Shown: positions 1-10,923, counted from the first letter of the stretch. The stretch: DNA of 64,000 nucleotides from Octopus vulgaris (GCA_951406725.2 OX597828.1:34596001-34660000), one strand, 5' to 3'. Program-made: numbers and translations. Notes: generated by a model from the sequence alone, not told the origin.

Positions 1-425
1 ACAACTACACTCTCACTCTCTCTCTGTCTCCATCTCTCACACACACATGCAACGAGGCGTACATCGTTTACAACCCGTTTATCACTTTTTTCTTGCGTCT
101 TTTACTTGTTCCAGTCAGTAGACTGCGACCATTCTGGAGCACGAGGAACGGTTCTCACTGTGAGATTTAATCTTGGAAAAGAGCCAAGAGACTTTGTTTT
201 TGTTAAACACGCAACATACTGCAAATAACGTCATCAAACAATCAAACAGATGTTTCGATATAATTTCGATTCCTCAGTTACAGACACTGCCTTTGTCGTT
301 TTGAATTACAATATATATATATATATAACGGGAAGCTTTATGAAACTAGACAAAAGACGAAGGCAGGTGGAAAACAAACAAACAATTGTATTAGTATGGC
401 GCTCAGGAAATATAAATAAAACAAG

Positions 426-463
426 TCTTTAACGTTTCGAGCCTACGCTTTTCAACAGAAAGA
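426..463 (-). ncRNA. Minimal type I hammerhead-like motif in the PLE pLTR (variant core CUGUUGA)
   Basis: Minus strand reads TCTTT-CTGTTGA-A-AAGC gtag GCTC-GAAA-C-GTT-AAAGA: stem I TCTTT/AAAGA, stem II, and a palindromic ACGT stem III. Confidence 0.75.
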
Positions 464-635
464 TACACAGAGAGAAAAAAAACACAGAAAGAAGGAGAGA
501 AAAAAATGCGTGCAGTAACTAACGAATCAACATGGCGATCTGATTTCGGCCAGAGGTCAAAGATCAAACATGAGACGCGAGAGCGAAATAAGGGGAGATA
601 ATAGGGATGATAATAGGGTTGAATGACCCTAGGAT

Positions 636-860
636 AGGTCTGGACAGGCGTATGTATGGGGTTGGTGTATGTATTAGTATGTATTAGTATGTATTAGTAC
701 GTATTAGTATGTATAAGTGTGTGTGTGTGTGTATGAGAGAGTATAAGTGCGTATGAGGGGTCTGGACGTGTGTATGTATAGGGTTGGTGTATGTATTAGT
801 ATGTATTAGTATGTATTAGTACGTATTAGTATGTATTAGTTGGTGTATGTATTAGTATGG
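636..860. repeat. (GTATGTATTA)n 10-mer repeats within a ~120-bp tandem duplication in the PLE 3' UTR
   Basis: GGTCTGGAC...GGGGTTGGTGTATGTATTAGTATGTATTAG occurs at about 636-715 and about 758-840. Confidence 0.8.
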
Positions 861-3800
861 CACATCATATATGATGTGATGTGTAAAGTCGTGTGGTGTA
901 GTGAGGAGAAGAGGGGGAGGGGGAGAAGAGGGGGAGAGAAGGGGAGGGGAAGGAGAGGGGGAAGAGGAGAGGAGGGGGGAGAGAAAGGAGGGGGAGGAAG
1001 GAGGAAAGGGGGGAGGAAGGAGGAAAGAGGGGGAGGGGGAGAGAGAAGCGGAGTGAGGGAACAGAGGGAAGAGGGAAGGAGGGAGGGAGAAAGAGGGAAG
1101 AAGGGAAGGGGAGTAGGGGTGAAAGGATGAAGGACTGAAGAAGTAGGGGTCGGGGGGAAGGATAGGTGAGGAGGGGGAGAGGGGGTTAGATGAGGAGGGG
1201 GAGAGTTGAGACCAAATGGCGTATAAGAGCGAAGAGAGAAGATTAATTCCTGTTCACGGCGCAAACGGGAATCCGGATGGCCTCTGTGTAAGGACAAACC
1301 GAACACAGATAGGTGTTGCAAGGAGTGATCGGTGGAGCGGAAATGGCGTGAGACCGGTGTGTCGTTCGCAAGGTGGATGTCACGAAGGTGTTCCGCGAAC
1401 CGGTCAGCCAAGCGGCGTCCCGTTTGTCCGATGTACAAGGAATTGCAGAGAGAGCAAGAGACGCAATAGATAATATTGCTGGAGGTGCAGGTGAAGGAGT
1501 GGATGATGGGATAGGGTCGATGGTGGGTGCTAGTGAGGCGGGTGGTGTTGGAGAGGTAAGGGCAAGTGCGGCAACGTGGGCGGGAGCAGGGGAACGAGCC
1601 GGGTTGGGAGGTAGGGTCAGGGAAGGAGCTATGGACCAAAAGGTCTCGAAGGTTGTGGGCTCGTTTGAAAGAGGGGAGGGGTCGGTTAGGGAAGAGGTGT
1701 GAAGTGGACGGGTCGGACTGGAGATGACGGAAAGCTCGAAGAATGGTGCGTTGGAGACGTAGGGTCGTGGGGTGGTAAGTGAGGGGAAAAGGGAGGCGGG
1801 AGACTACAGGGCGGGTTCGGGGAGAGAGAGCAGATACACGGTCCACGGACCGTGCTCTGGCAAGGGTGGTGTGGATAGTGGTGAGGGGGTATCCACGTAG
1901 GGTGAAGTGGTGAGCCATACGTTGAGACTGAGTCTCAAAGTCATGGTCGTCACTACAGAGCCTACGTAGACGGAGGAATTGGGAATAGGGGATGGAAAGC
2001 TTGGTGTGTTCTGGGTGGGAGGAAGAGAAGTTGAGGTATGAGTGTGAGTCTGTGTGTTTGTAGTGAATGGAGGTGGTAAGAGTGGAGTGAAGAATGCTAA
2101 CCGAAATGTCGAGGAAGGAGACAGAGGTGTTGGAGATAGTGGAAGTGAAGTGGAGGGCTGGTTGGAAAGATTGGACGAAAGAGAGGAAGGAATCTAGATG
2201 TTCGCGGGAGAGTGAGGGGGCACCGATAATGTCGTCAATGTAACGACCATATAGTTCAGGAGTGGGACCAGTGAAATTAGAGAATATTTGGGCCTCAACA
2301 TAGCCAACGAACAGGTTCGCATAGTTGGGGCCCATTCGCGTTCCCATGGCCACTCCCGAGATCTGATGGTAGAACTCGCCCGCGAACGAGAAGCAGTTCA
2401 GAGTAAGGACAAGTTCGGCCAGACGAATGAGTGTGGAGGTGTCAGGTACAGGGTTAGAGCGGAGGTCAAGAAAGTGTCGAAGGGCCTGCAGTCCTTCGTG
2501 GTGAGGGATAACAGTATAGAGGCTTTGGATGTCCATAGTAAAAAGGATTTTGGAGGAGCCGGGAGGAAAGGAGAAAGAGTTGAAAAGCCGGAGAGCATGG
2601 TTGGTATCGTGGATGTGGGAGGGAAGAGATGCCACTAGGGGGACAAGGACACGGTCGAGGTATTTAGAGATGAGCTCCGTGGGGCAGTTACAGGCGGAGA
2701 CGATGGGGCGGCCAGGGTTGTTGGGTTTGTGGATTTTGGGGAGGAAGTAAATGGTGGGGGTACGTGGGGTTCGCACAATTAGGTTGGATGCGGTGCGGGG
2801 GAGACGGGAGGACGAGATGAGGTCGCGGACAGTAGAGGATACCGTCTGTTGGTAGCTACGTGTGGGGTTAGAGGGCAGAGGGGAATAGAAGGAGGTGTCA
2901 TTGAGTTGGCGGAAAGCCTCGGCCCTATAGAGGTCCGCGCGCCACACCACTACAGCTCCACCCTTGTCAGCCGGTTTGATGATAATGTCAGCGCGCCGTT
3001 GGAGGGAACGAAGAGCCAAGAGCTCAGCCGGGGAGATGTTGAGGCGGCGTTGGCGAAGTTGGCGAAGTTGAACCGCTCCAATGCACGCTGACAAGCGCCC
3101 GCGAAAAGATCCACTGCTAGGATCTGGCCAGGGGCAGGCGTCCACGGGGATGGTCGGCGGCCCAGGCCAGTGAAGCAATACTCTTCGTTGGGTGTGGGTG
3201 GCGAGTCGTGGTAATGCGCACTCAACCGGACACGGCGCACAAAGCTGTGGACATCAACTCGCGTCTGGAATTCCTTACAGGATGGAGTGAGGGGGATGAA
3301 ACGCAGACCCCTACCAAGGACGGAGCGTTCAGCCGCAGAGAGGGGAAGATCGGGGGGAATGGTAACAACAGACGGAAGTGGAGAAGGGGTGGGTGGAATA
3401 GAAGTAGGAGGGGTGGTAGGTCTCGTGGAGGTCTGAGGGGGAGGGATTGGGGAGGTGTGTGGGGGTGGTTGGGGGGGCAGTAGGGTTAGGTGTAGGTGGA
3501 TGGAGCCTATCGGGAGGGGAGAAGGGGTTGTAGGGAGGGGCAGTGGGGTTAGGTGTGGGTGGATGGAGCCTATCGGGAGGGGAGAAGGGTGGTGGAGGAG
3601 TTGGGGTAGTGGCGTCGGGTAGGGTGGAATGGAAGAGTGATTGGAGTTTACGAAGTTTGGTATCAGAAAGAAATTGATGGAAGAGTTGATTCAAATGGAT
3701 AATGAAGCGTAGCGTGTTTGGCGCATAGAGAGGCGGCAGAGAGGAGAAGAAGGTGGAGAAAGCAGGAGGAAGAAGGCGGTTGATGGCATGTAGTTTAGAG

Positions 3801-4090
3801 AGATTGGAGCGAATGGTGGCCCGCATAAGGCGGTAAGATGTGGTGCGGAGTATGGGTAAGATGGAAGAATCCGAGTGGAGAGCAGGGTGGAAGTGGAGGC
3901 GGAAACCTTTAGGGATGAGTCGGTGATGTAGGCAGCGGCTTAGGAAAGAGACATGGCTAGAGAAGCGGGTTTTTTTTAAAAGAAGTAGAGAGAGATTAAC
4001 GGACGGCTGAAGGCAATATACAGGAAGAGAACGGAGATGATCCTTCAAACGGTGATGGAGGGTGAGGAGGTAGGACCTAGGATCCGGCAT
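836..4090 (-). pseudogene. PLE polyprotein (N-terminal domain, reverse transcriptase, Cys linker, GIY-YIG endonuclease) split by two frameshifts
   Basis: Motifs in order: LSRCLHHRLIPKGFRL; VLGRGLRFIP (middle frame); IIIKPADKGGAVVV (DKG); YFLPKIHKPNNPGRPIVS; GVAMGTRMGPNYANLF; RYIDD; CSRPRCRTC linker; NIIYCVSCSLCNSLYIGQTGRRLADRFAEH...PFGLN. Frames change at about 3400-3480 and about 3065. Confidence 0.92.
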
Positions 4091-4291
4091 GATGGGATAG
4101 CGGAAAAAAACAAACGTTCGAAAAAACAAAAAAAACAAAAAACAAAAAATTATCGTATGAAAAAAATAGAAAAAAAGGATAGCGAAAAAAGGGGAAAAAA
4201 CAAACGTTCAAAAAAACAAAAAAATAATAATCGTATGAAAAAACTAGATAAGTAAGCGATAGGGGCAGAAAAGACGGGGCAAACGGAAAAG

Positions 4292-4322
<31 letters not shown>

Positions 4323-4369
4323 TATATGTATATGCGTGTGTGTGTGATTATTATTATTATTATTATTAT

Positions 4370-4993
4370 TGTCATTCACTTTTAATCTGCATGTTTGATG
4401 CAATCACTTGCCGGGGCACACCCAGCGCCCTAGGGCAAGTGAAGGTTAAGAGTTGTTGAAATATAGCTGAAAGCTTGGGGAGGAAGTAGAGAAATATCTC
4501 CATGTAATACAACACAAATATTTATATTGATAGGGTTTTTCTAAGGATGTGGGCAGTACTTGTTAGCACAATCTTTTGGATTTCCTTGAGACATGGTTCT
4601 CCAGGGATATTGTCTCGGTGTTTCTGACATCCCTTTTTTATCATACCTAGGGCACCTACAATAACAGGAACAGTTTTTGTTTTAAGATTCCATATCTTTT
4701 GTATTTCGATTTCCAGGTCCTTATATTTACTATTTGTCAAATTCCTTTACAAATATATTGTTATCAGTGGGGACGCTTACCTCTATTAGTCTGCAGGTAT
4801 TTTCTTCCCTGTCTTTAAGAATTATATCTGGTCGATTAGCCCTGATCGTTCTGTCAGTGTTGACTGGAAAATCCCAGAGGATGGTGACATTTTTACCTTC
4901 AACAACTGGCTGAGGATGATGTTCATACCAGTTAGCAGGAGTGCCGAATTTGTAGTGTTTACATATCTTCCAATGTATATACTGTCCTACCCT
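4370..4993 (-). mobile_element. 5'-truncated R4/Dong-clade non-LTR retrotransposon (RLE domain and 3' UTR)
   Basis: YIHWKICK..WYEHHPQPVVE..ILWDFPVNTDRTIRANRPDIIL..LIEVSVP..KYKDLEIEI..VPVIVGALG. 3' UTR hairpin CACTTGCC/GGCAAGTG at about 4406-4441. (TTA)n flanks both ends. Confidence 0.9.
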
Positions 4994-5286
4994 ATTATTA
5001 TTATTTTTATTATTATTGACATAACGTGTGTGTGCCAATGAAACGCCAATGAAATGTAGTTTTCGTAAGAGAAAACATCTCTTTATAGACGTATTGTGTG
5101 AAAGAAACAAATAAAACAAAACCATACTTCAGAGCTTGACGCAACGAATGCACACCGGAAGTAACTGATAGAACGACCGATGCGCATTCTCCATTTCTTT
5201 TTTTTTTTTTTGAAGCGAGGTCGAATCACACACAATTCTGTTCTATGTGTCACAGTAACGATACACAATCTCTAGACCTGTTTCGA

Positions 5287-5525
<239 letters not shown>

Positions 5526-6097
5526 ACACACACATGTATGAATATATGCACGTATGCATATGGGAAAATGTAACATCATAATTTTTGTTGTTGTTGTTGT
5601 TATTCAGCAGATGACTCAACGTTGTTATTGCCTGTCACTAAAGAGAGCCATCTTTCCTGGTTGGTTGCTAGCACTTCCTCTTTTACAGAAATCGGAAGAA
5701 TACGGAGCAGCACAAGACACCATTAACATCTATAAACTATCTTTTTCTCTTTCTTTTCTCTTTCTTTTTCAATACAGTTTTTATCGAAGTCCACCACCAC
5801 CACCACCACCATCACTACCACACCGGATGCGTATTTGCTATTGTGTCAGTTGACAAATAAAGATGTCAATACAAAAAGTAGCTGCTTTCCTGGCCCTGGC
5901 AAACTTCCATTACGATCAAGTGACGACAGATCAGTGAACGGGACCAGTTTATGTCGTAACGGAAATATCCAGCATGCATGCGCTGTTCGCCAAATTACGT
6001 AAAGGTATCTCCATATGAACGACTTCGAGGCTTCAGTGATTATTAACTCATCCATGATATTTGCAAGACACATATACGCACACATGCATACATACAT

Positions 6098-6523
6098 AGG
6101 CGCAGGAGTGGCTGTGTGGTAAGTAGCTTGTTTACCAACTACATGGTTCCGGGTTCAGTCCCACTGCGTGGCACCTTGGGCAAGTGTCTTCTACTATAGC
6201 CTCGGGCCGACCAAAGCCTTGTGAGTGGATTTGGTAGACGGAAACTGAAAGAAGCCTGTCGTATATATGTATATATATATATATATATATGTGTGTGTGC
6301 GTGCGTGTATGTTTGTGTGTCTGTGTTTGTTCCCCTAGCATTGCTTGACAACCGATGCTGGTGTGTTTATGTCCCCGTCACTTAGCGGTTCGGCAAAAAG
6401 AGACCGATAGAATAAGTACTGGGCTTACAAAGAATAAGTCTCGGGGTCGAGTTGCTCGATTAAAGGCGATGCCCCAGCATGGCCGCAGTCAAAATGACTG
6501 AAACAAGTAAAAGAGAAAAGAGA
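6098..6523 (+). mobile_element. tRNA-derived CORE-type SINE, here called family A (octopus OR-like), full-length copy
   Basis: A-box TGGCTGTGTGG and B-box GGTTCAGTCCC; CORE-like CCTTGGGCAAGTG; internal (TA/TG)n; tail ending GACTGAAACAAGTAAAAGAG. About 20 copies or fragments occur in the window. Confidence 0.88.
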
Positions 6524-6680
6524 GTATACATGCATACATGCATACATGCATACATACATACATACATACATACATACATACATACATACATACATACATA
6601 CATACATACACCATATTTTTACTAATAGAAATATCATTATTTCTAATTCTCTCTAAAAGAGACTACGGCAGCGGTACTGG

Positions 6681-6985
6681 ATATTAATAGTTATCGCCGA
6701 GCTAACATGACAGTCCAGAAAAATAGGACGAATGCTGCCGTCAGCAGCGACGCCTGCTGGATTCGGCTACTCCACATTGATAAGAGGCAAACACCTCGAA
6801 ACTAGTCTGTGGGTGCCAGACCAGCAAGGGGAAGCTGCTGACTTCTCCAGTTTGAAGGTTATAATGAACACAGGATTGTGTATCACATAGCTAGCTAGAG
6901 GCGATGGCCTCTTAGAGCTAATCAACGGTAGCATTCGTCCTATTTATCTGGACTGCCAAGTTAGCTTGGCGATAACTGTTGATAT
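6681..6985 (+). mobile_element. Fold-back mini-element with 61-nt inverted arms enclosing a hammerhead
   Basis: Arms 6681-6741 and 6925-6985 match at 54 of 61 positions; a hammerhead motif lies inside. Confidence 0.75.
6740..6842 (+). ncRNA. Type I hammerhead ribozyme, U3-A8 variant, with extended stem I
   Basis: CCACA-TTGATAA-GAGG caaaca CCTC-GAAA-C TA GTC-TGTGG (6772-6812). Stem I continues through GGC/GCC, TGCTGG/CCAGCA and GTCAGCAGC/GCTGCTGAC. Confidence 0.82.
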
Positions 6986-7039
6986 AGTTTTACTAATGTT
7001 TTATGTGTATAGCTACGCATGTGTAGTCAAACAATTCAA

Positions 7040-7230
7040 ATAAACGGATAAAAATCGAAAACAAGAAAACAACGAAAGTGAAGACGTGCACAAGGAGTAT
7101 ATATTAGCTTGATGCCCAGTGAAAGAAGACAGCTTAACGTTTTGAACACTGGCTCTTCGTCGGAAAGAAGAAAAGGGAAAGTCCAAAGAAGGCGGGAAAG
7201 AGGAAATCGCCAATGGACCACGTGTAGTTA
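7040..7230 (-). mobile_element. Solo PLE pLTR-like remnant with degenerate hammerhead (7133-7167)
   Basis: Same layout as 327-480. Minus strand reads CTTT-CCGACGA-A-GAGC cagt GTTC-AAAA-C-GTT-AAG. Confidence 0.6.
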
Positions 7231-7315
7231 AATTGCCGAAGTATATATATGTGTGTGTATATATATATTCATATATGTGTGTGTTTGTATGTGTGTTTGT
7301 GTGTGTGTGTATGTG

Positions 7316-7346
<31 letters not shown>

Positions 7347-7363
7347 ATCTATCTATATATATA

Positions 7364-7645
7364 TGTTAGAACAAAAAAACTTATATCTTGGACATAGAGT
7401 TACTCACGGTTTCGTATCCATAAGGCCAAAGTCTTGTGGACAGCTCGTTTTTCTGGTTAGGTCTTGTTTTAAGGGTTGTTTTATCCCTGGTTCAAGGGAG
7501 ACAACCCGTCTTCATTACCGTTTTTTAAAAAATTTTTAAGATGTATATCTCATTTTCTGAGCGTTTCCTCACGTTCACAACGTAGAAATTAAAAATTTTT
7601 GTCCTTGCATGGAGTCTGACGAGCTGTCCGCAAGGCTTAGTGGAT
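7364..7645. mobile_element. (TA)n-flanked mini-element with two inverted partial hammerhead copies
   Basis: Plus strand 7608-7645 reads CATGGAGT-CTGACGA-GCTGTCC...TGGATA. Minus strand 7393-7448 reads ACGA-GCTGTCCA...TGGATAC-GAAA-C cgtga GTA-ACTCTATG. Confidence 0.65.
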
Positions 7646-8459
7646 ATATATATATATATATATATATATATTACATGTGTGTGTATATGCATTCATAAGC
7701 ACATTTGATACCGTTGACTCAGTCCCATATTTCATTAAATACTTATAACTCCAAATAAATATCTTGAGTGCTACTTTCGTTCGTTTGTTCCCCCACCCAT
7801 ATATGTTGATTCAGCCACCCCCGCCCTCATATATATATGGTTCTGGGTTCAGTCCCACTGCGTGGCACTTTGGGCGAGTGTCTTCTACTGTAGCCTCGGG
7901 CTGACCAGGGTATTTTTTAGTGAATTTAGTCGATGGAAACTGAAAGAAGCATGTCGTATATATATAAATACACACACACATATGTGTATGGGGGAGTGTA
8001 GGCGCATGTGTTTTTGAGGATGCCACGCGGGGTCGATTCGTTAGATCAAACCCTTGCAAGGCGGTTCTCCAGCATGGCCGTTGTCTAATGATCGAACCAA
8101 GTAACAACTAAAACATAGAAAAGCTACATTCCGACACTCACAAGGCTTTGGTCGACCCCAGGATATAGCAGATGATACTTGCGCAAAGTGACACACAGTG
8201 GGACTGAACCCGGAGCCATGTGTGGTTTAGGAAAGTAGTTTATTACCACACAGCCACGTCTGCGTCTATTTATGTACGAATGCTTGGTACTTTGCAAATA
8301 CCGCAGATGCAACAAATGGCGTGTCTATTGAGATTCTCCAAAGAACCGACTGGAGGAGTTTCTCGATTCCTTCTTACAGAAAGTTAAATATTCCAAACAG
8401 ATTAAGATAAAAGATAAAACAACATTTAGCAATCATAGCAATCAACAAATTAATTATAC

Positions 8460-8685
8460 CTATTTCTTTACCACCCACAAGGGGCTAAACACAGAAGGGA
8501 CAAACAAGGACGGACAAACGGATTAAGTCGATTACATCGACCCCAGTGCGTAACTGGTATTTAATTTATCGACCCCGAAAGGATGAAAGGTAAAGTCGAC
8601 CTCGGCGGAATTTGAACTCAGAACGTAACGGCAGACGAAATACGGCTACGCATTTCGCCCGGCGTGCTAACGTTTCTGCCACTTC
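8460..8685 (-). mobile_element. tRNA-derived SINE, here called family B (Meta-domain-like)
   Basis: Reverse complement of GAGTTCAAATTCCGCCGAGGTCGACTTT.CCTTTCATCCTTTCGGGGTCGATAAA; more than 20 copies in the window. Confidence 0.85.
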
Positions 8686-8945
8686 ATCGCAAATTAATTA
8701 TACCAATCAACAAATTAATATTCCGGACCCTAATACCTGAAGTATTTGTGAACATCTTGCAAAGCGATACGTAGTTGCATTGAGGTGACTTTTCTTTATT
8801 ATCATTTTATATTTTGCTTCCCAGTTACGTGGTTTTGGGTTCAATGCCATCGCATGGCACCGAGGGTAAATGTCTCATTCTATAGCCCCAAGACAACCAT
8901 AGCCTTATGAGTGGATTTCGTAGACGGAAACTGAAAGGAGCCCGT

Positions 8946-8985
<40 letters not shown>

Positions 8986-9135
8986 CATATGTGTGTGTGT
9001 GTGCGTACCTATGTCTATGTGTCTGTATATATAATGTGTATATATATATATATATATAATGTATGTATATGCATATATAATGTATATACATATAATATAT
9101 GCATATATATATATAATGTGTATACATATATAATG

Positions 9136-9188
<53 letters not shown>

Positions 9189-9845
9189 TTGTCCCACACC
9201 ACCGTTTGGCAGCTGGTGTTGGTTTGTTTATATCCCTGTAACCTAGCATTTTGCAAAAAAGGATGCTAGTATAAGTACCAAGCTAAGAACAAAATGAGAA
9301 AAAAATATACAAATAAACACAAAACAGGTGCCAATGTGTTCGATTAAAACTTCAAAGGCAGTACTCCAGCATGGCCGCAGTCCAATGCTTACAACGTGTA
9401 AAAAATAAAAGATAAAACATTATACTTTGTCTATACAATGAATGTCTTTGTTTTGTTGGAAACTTCCAATAATTTCTTTATATGTACTTCTATTATATTA
9501 AGTTACAGATTACCAGTAAAACTACGAATACATGTTATGTGGATAAATATAGATTGCAAATCCGATTATCTTGGTGTGAAATGGGTAAAAATAGTTATGT
9601 TTTGTTCTCTGATATAATCGCTCGTATTTTTGTTCAGTCAATCGTTGTTGGATTGTTTTGCGTCGTAATGTTTAGATTATGTTTATATTTCAGTTGGATG
9701 CTGGGAAATACGTAGTTTGTAATTTTATAATTTTATAATGATTAAAATAGTAAAGATATAAGTAATACTCACAAACACACACACACATACATACACACAC
9801 AAATGGGTGCATATATGTAAGTGTATTGGGTGTGTATATATATAT

Positions 9846-10093
9846 ATCAAAATAAGCAACAATATCAGATGTAATGCAGTATGATCGTGTCATGCAACTC
9901 CATTTAATTGAACAATGCAATCATTACATCAAAGTGTCCATCTGTTCTAATTTAATTAAATTCTATGTCTTTGTGTAGCTGGGGATTGCTCTACATTTTG
10001 AATTGATGTAATGATTGCATTTTTCAATTAGATGGAGTTGCATGAAACGATCGTACTGCATTACCTCTGGATATCCTTGTTGCTTATTTTGAT
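9846..10093 (+). mobile_element. Fold-back mini-element (~88-nt arms) with a hammerhead-like motif at 9973-10061
   Basis: Arms 9846-9932 and 10003-10093 are near-identical and inverted. The motif reads GTGTAG-CTGGGGA-[long stem II]-GAAA-C gatc GTA-CTGCAT. Confidence 0.65.
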
Positions 10094-10292
10094 TTTAATT
10101 ACCTCACTGTGTAATTGTATGGATAATACCGTACTAAATTCTGGTGCCTCAATTCTGGTACCATATTCATCTGAATCAAAATTTTTGATATATATATAAA
10201 CTTAGATAAAACTTAGATATGTTTCGACCAAAGATTGGTCCAGGTCATGTCTAACTTAATAGCACCACCTGATAGGGTTATCTAAATCCTTT

Positions 10293-10718
10293 TTAAGTCA
10301 AGTTTTGTGGTATCATGGTCCATTCAAGTAGTGAGTTCTTGTTGAGTGAGTTGTATCTATGTATGGGTGGCATATCTGGTATTCCTTGAAGAAATTTGTC
10401 TAAACTCCGGTTAAAGGGGATGGGAGCCTTTTCGTCTTTGATCAGTTTGGGGACAATGTTAAACAGGGCAGGGCCTGTTGAGAAAAAGAAATTGTGTCGG
10501 TGTGTACCTACATGTTGTGATCCTGAATTGGGTAGGGTGCGTATGGACCGTGGTCCCAGCCTTGGATGAACCTTGAAACTAATGTTCAGGTCGTTTGGGC
10601 AATACTGGCGGTATATTCTCCACATCGTGCAAATGATTTACTGCTCACGGCGGCGCTGGAGAGAGTAGAGTTTCAAGGCTTTAAGGTGATCCCAGTAATC
10701 GAGATCAGTCATGCCCAT
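10293..10718 (-). mobile_element. CR1-like LINE 3' fragment
   Basis: LDYWDHLKALKLYSLQRRRE...FFSTGPALFNIVPKLI...FNRSLDKFLQGIPDMP...NSLLEW, the typical CR1-group ORF2 tail. Confidence 0.85.
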
Positions 10719-10851
10719 ATATGGATGTTTGTACGTTAATATATTGTGTGTTTGGCTGTGTGGTAAGAAGCTTCCTACCCAATCACATGGTTCCGAGTTT
10801 AGTCTCCCTGTTTGACACCTTGGACAAGCTGAAAGAAGCCCGTTGCACACA

Positions 10852-10923
<72 letters not shown>

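Larger units (their letters stand above)
327..4291 (-). mobile_element. Penelope-like retroelement (Neptune-type), near full length, inserted in a (TA)n tract
   Basis: GC-rich, strongly strand-skewed 4-kb block between (TA)n at 311-326 and 4292-4313. It encodes a PLE RT and GIY-YIG endonuclease, and its 3' end (327-480) carries a pLTR-like segment with a minimal hammerhead motif. Confidence 0.93.

Noticed and set aside
636-860. CRISPR-like or telomeric array
   Set aside because: These are 10-mer tandem repeats with no spacers and are not TTAGGG; the context is eukaryotic.
840-3483. Plus-strand G/R/E-rich ORFs
   Set aside because: They are antisense shadows of the C/T-rich PLE coding strand.
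5850-6002. 50-codon open frame after TGTGTCAG
   Set aside because: Weak acceptor and no recognisable homology.
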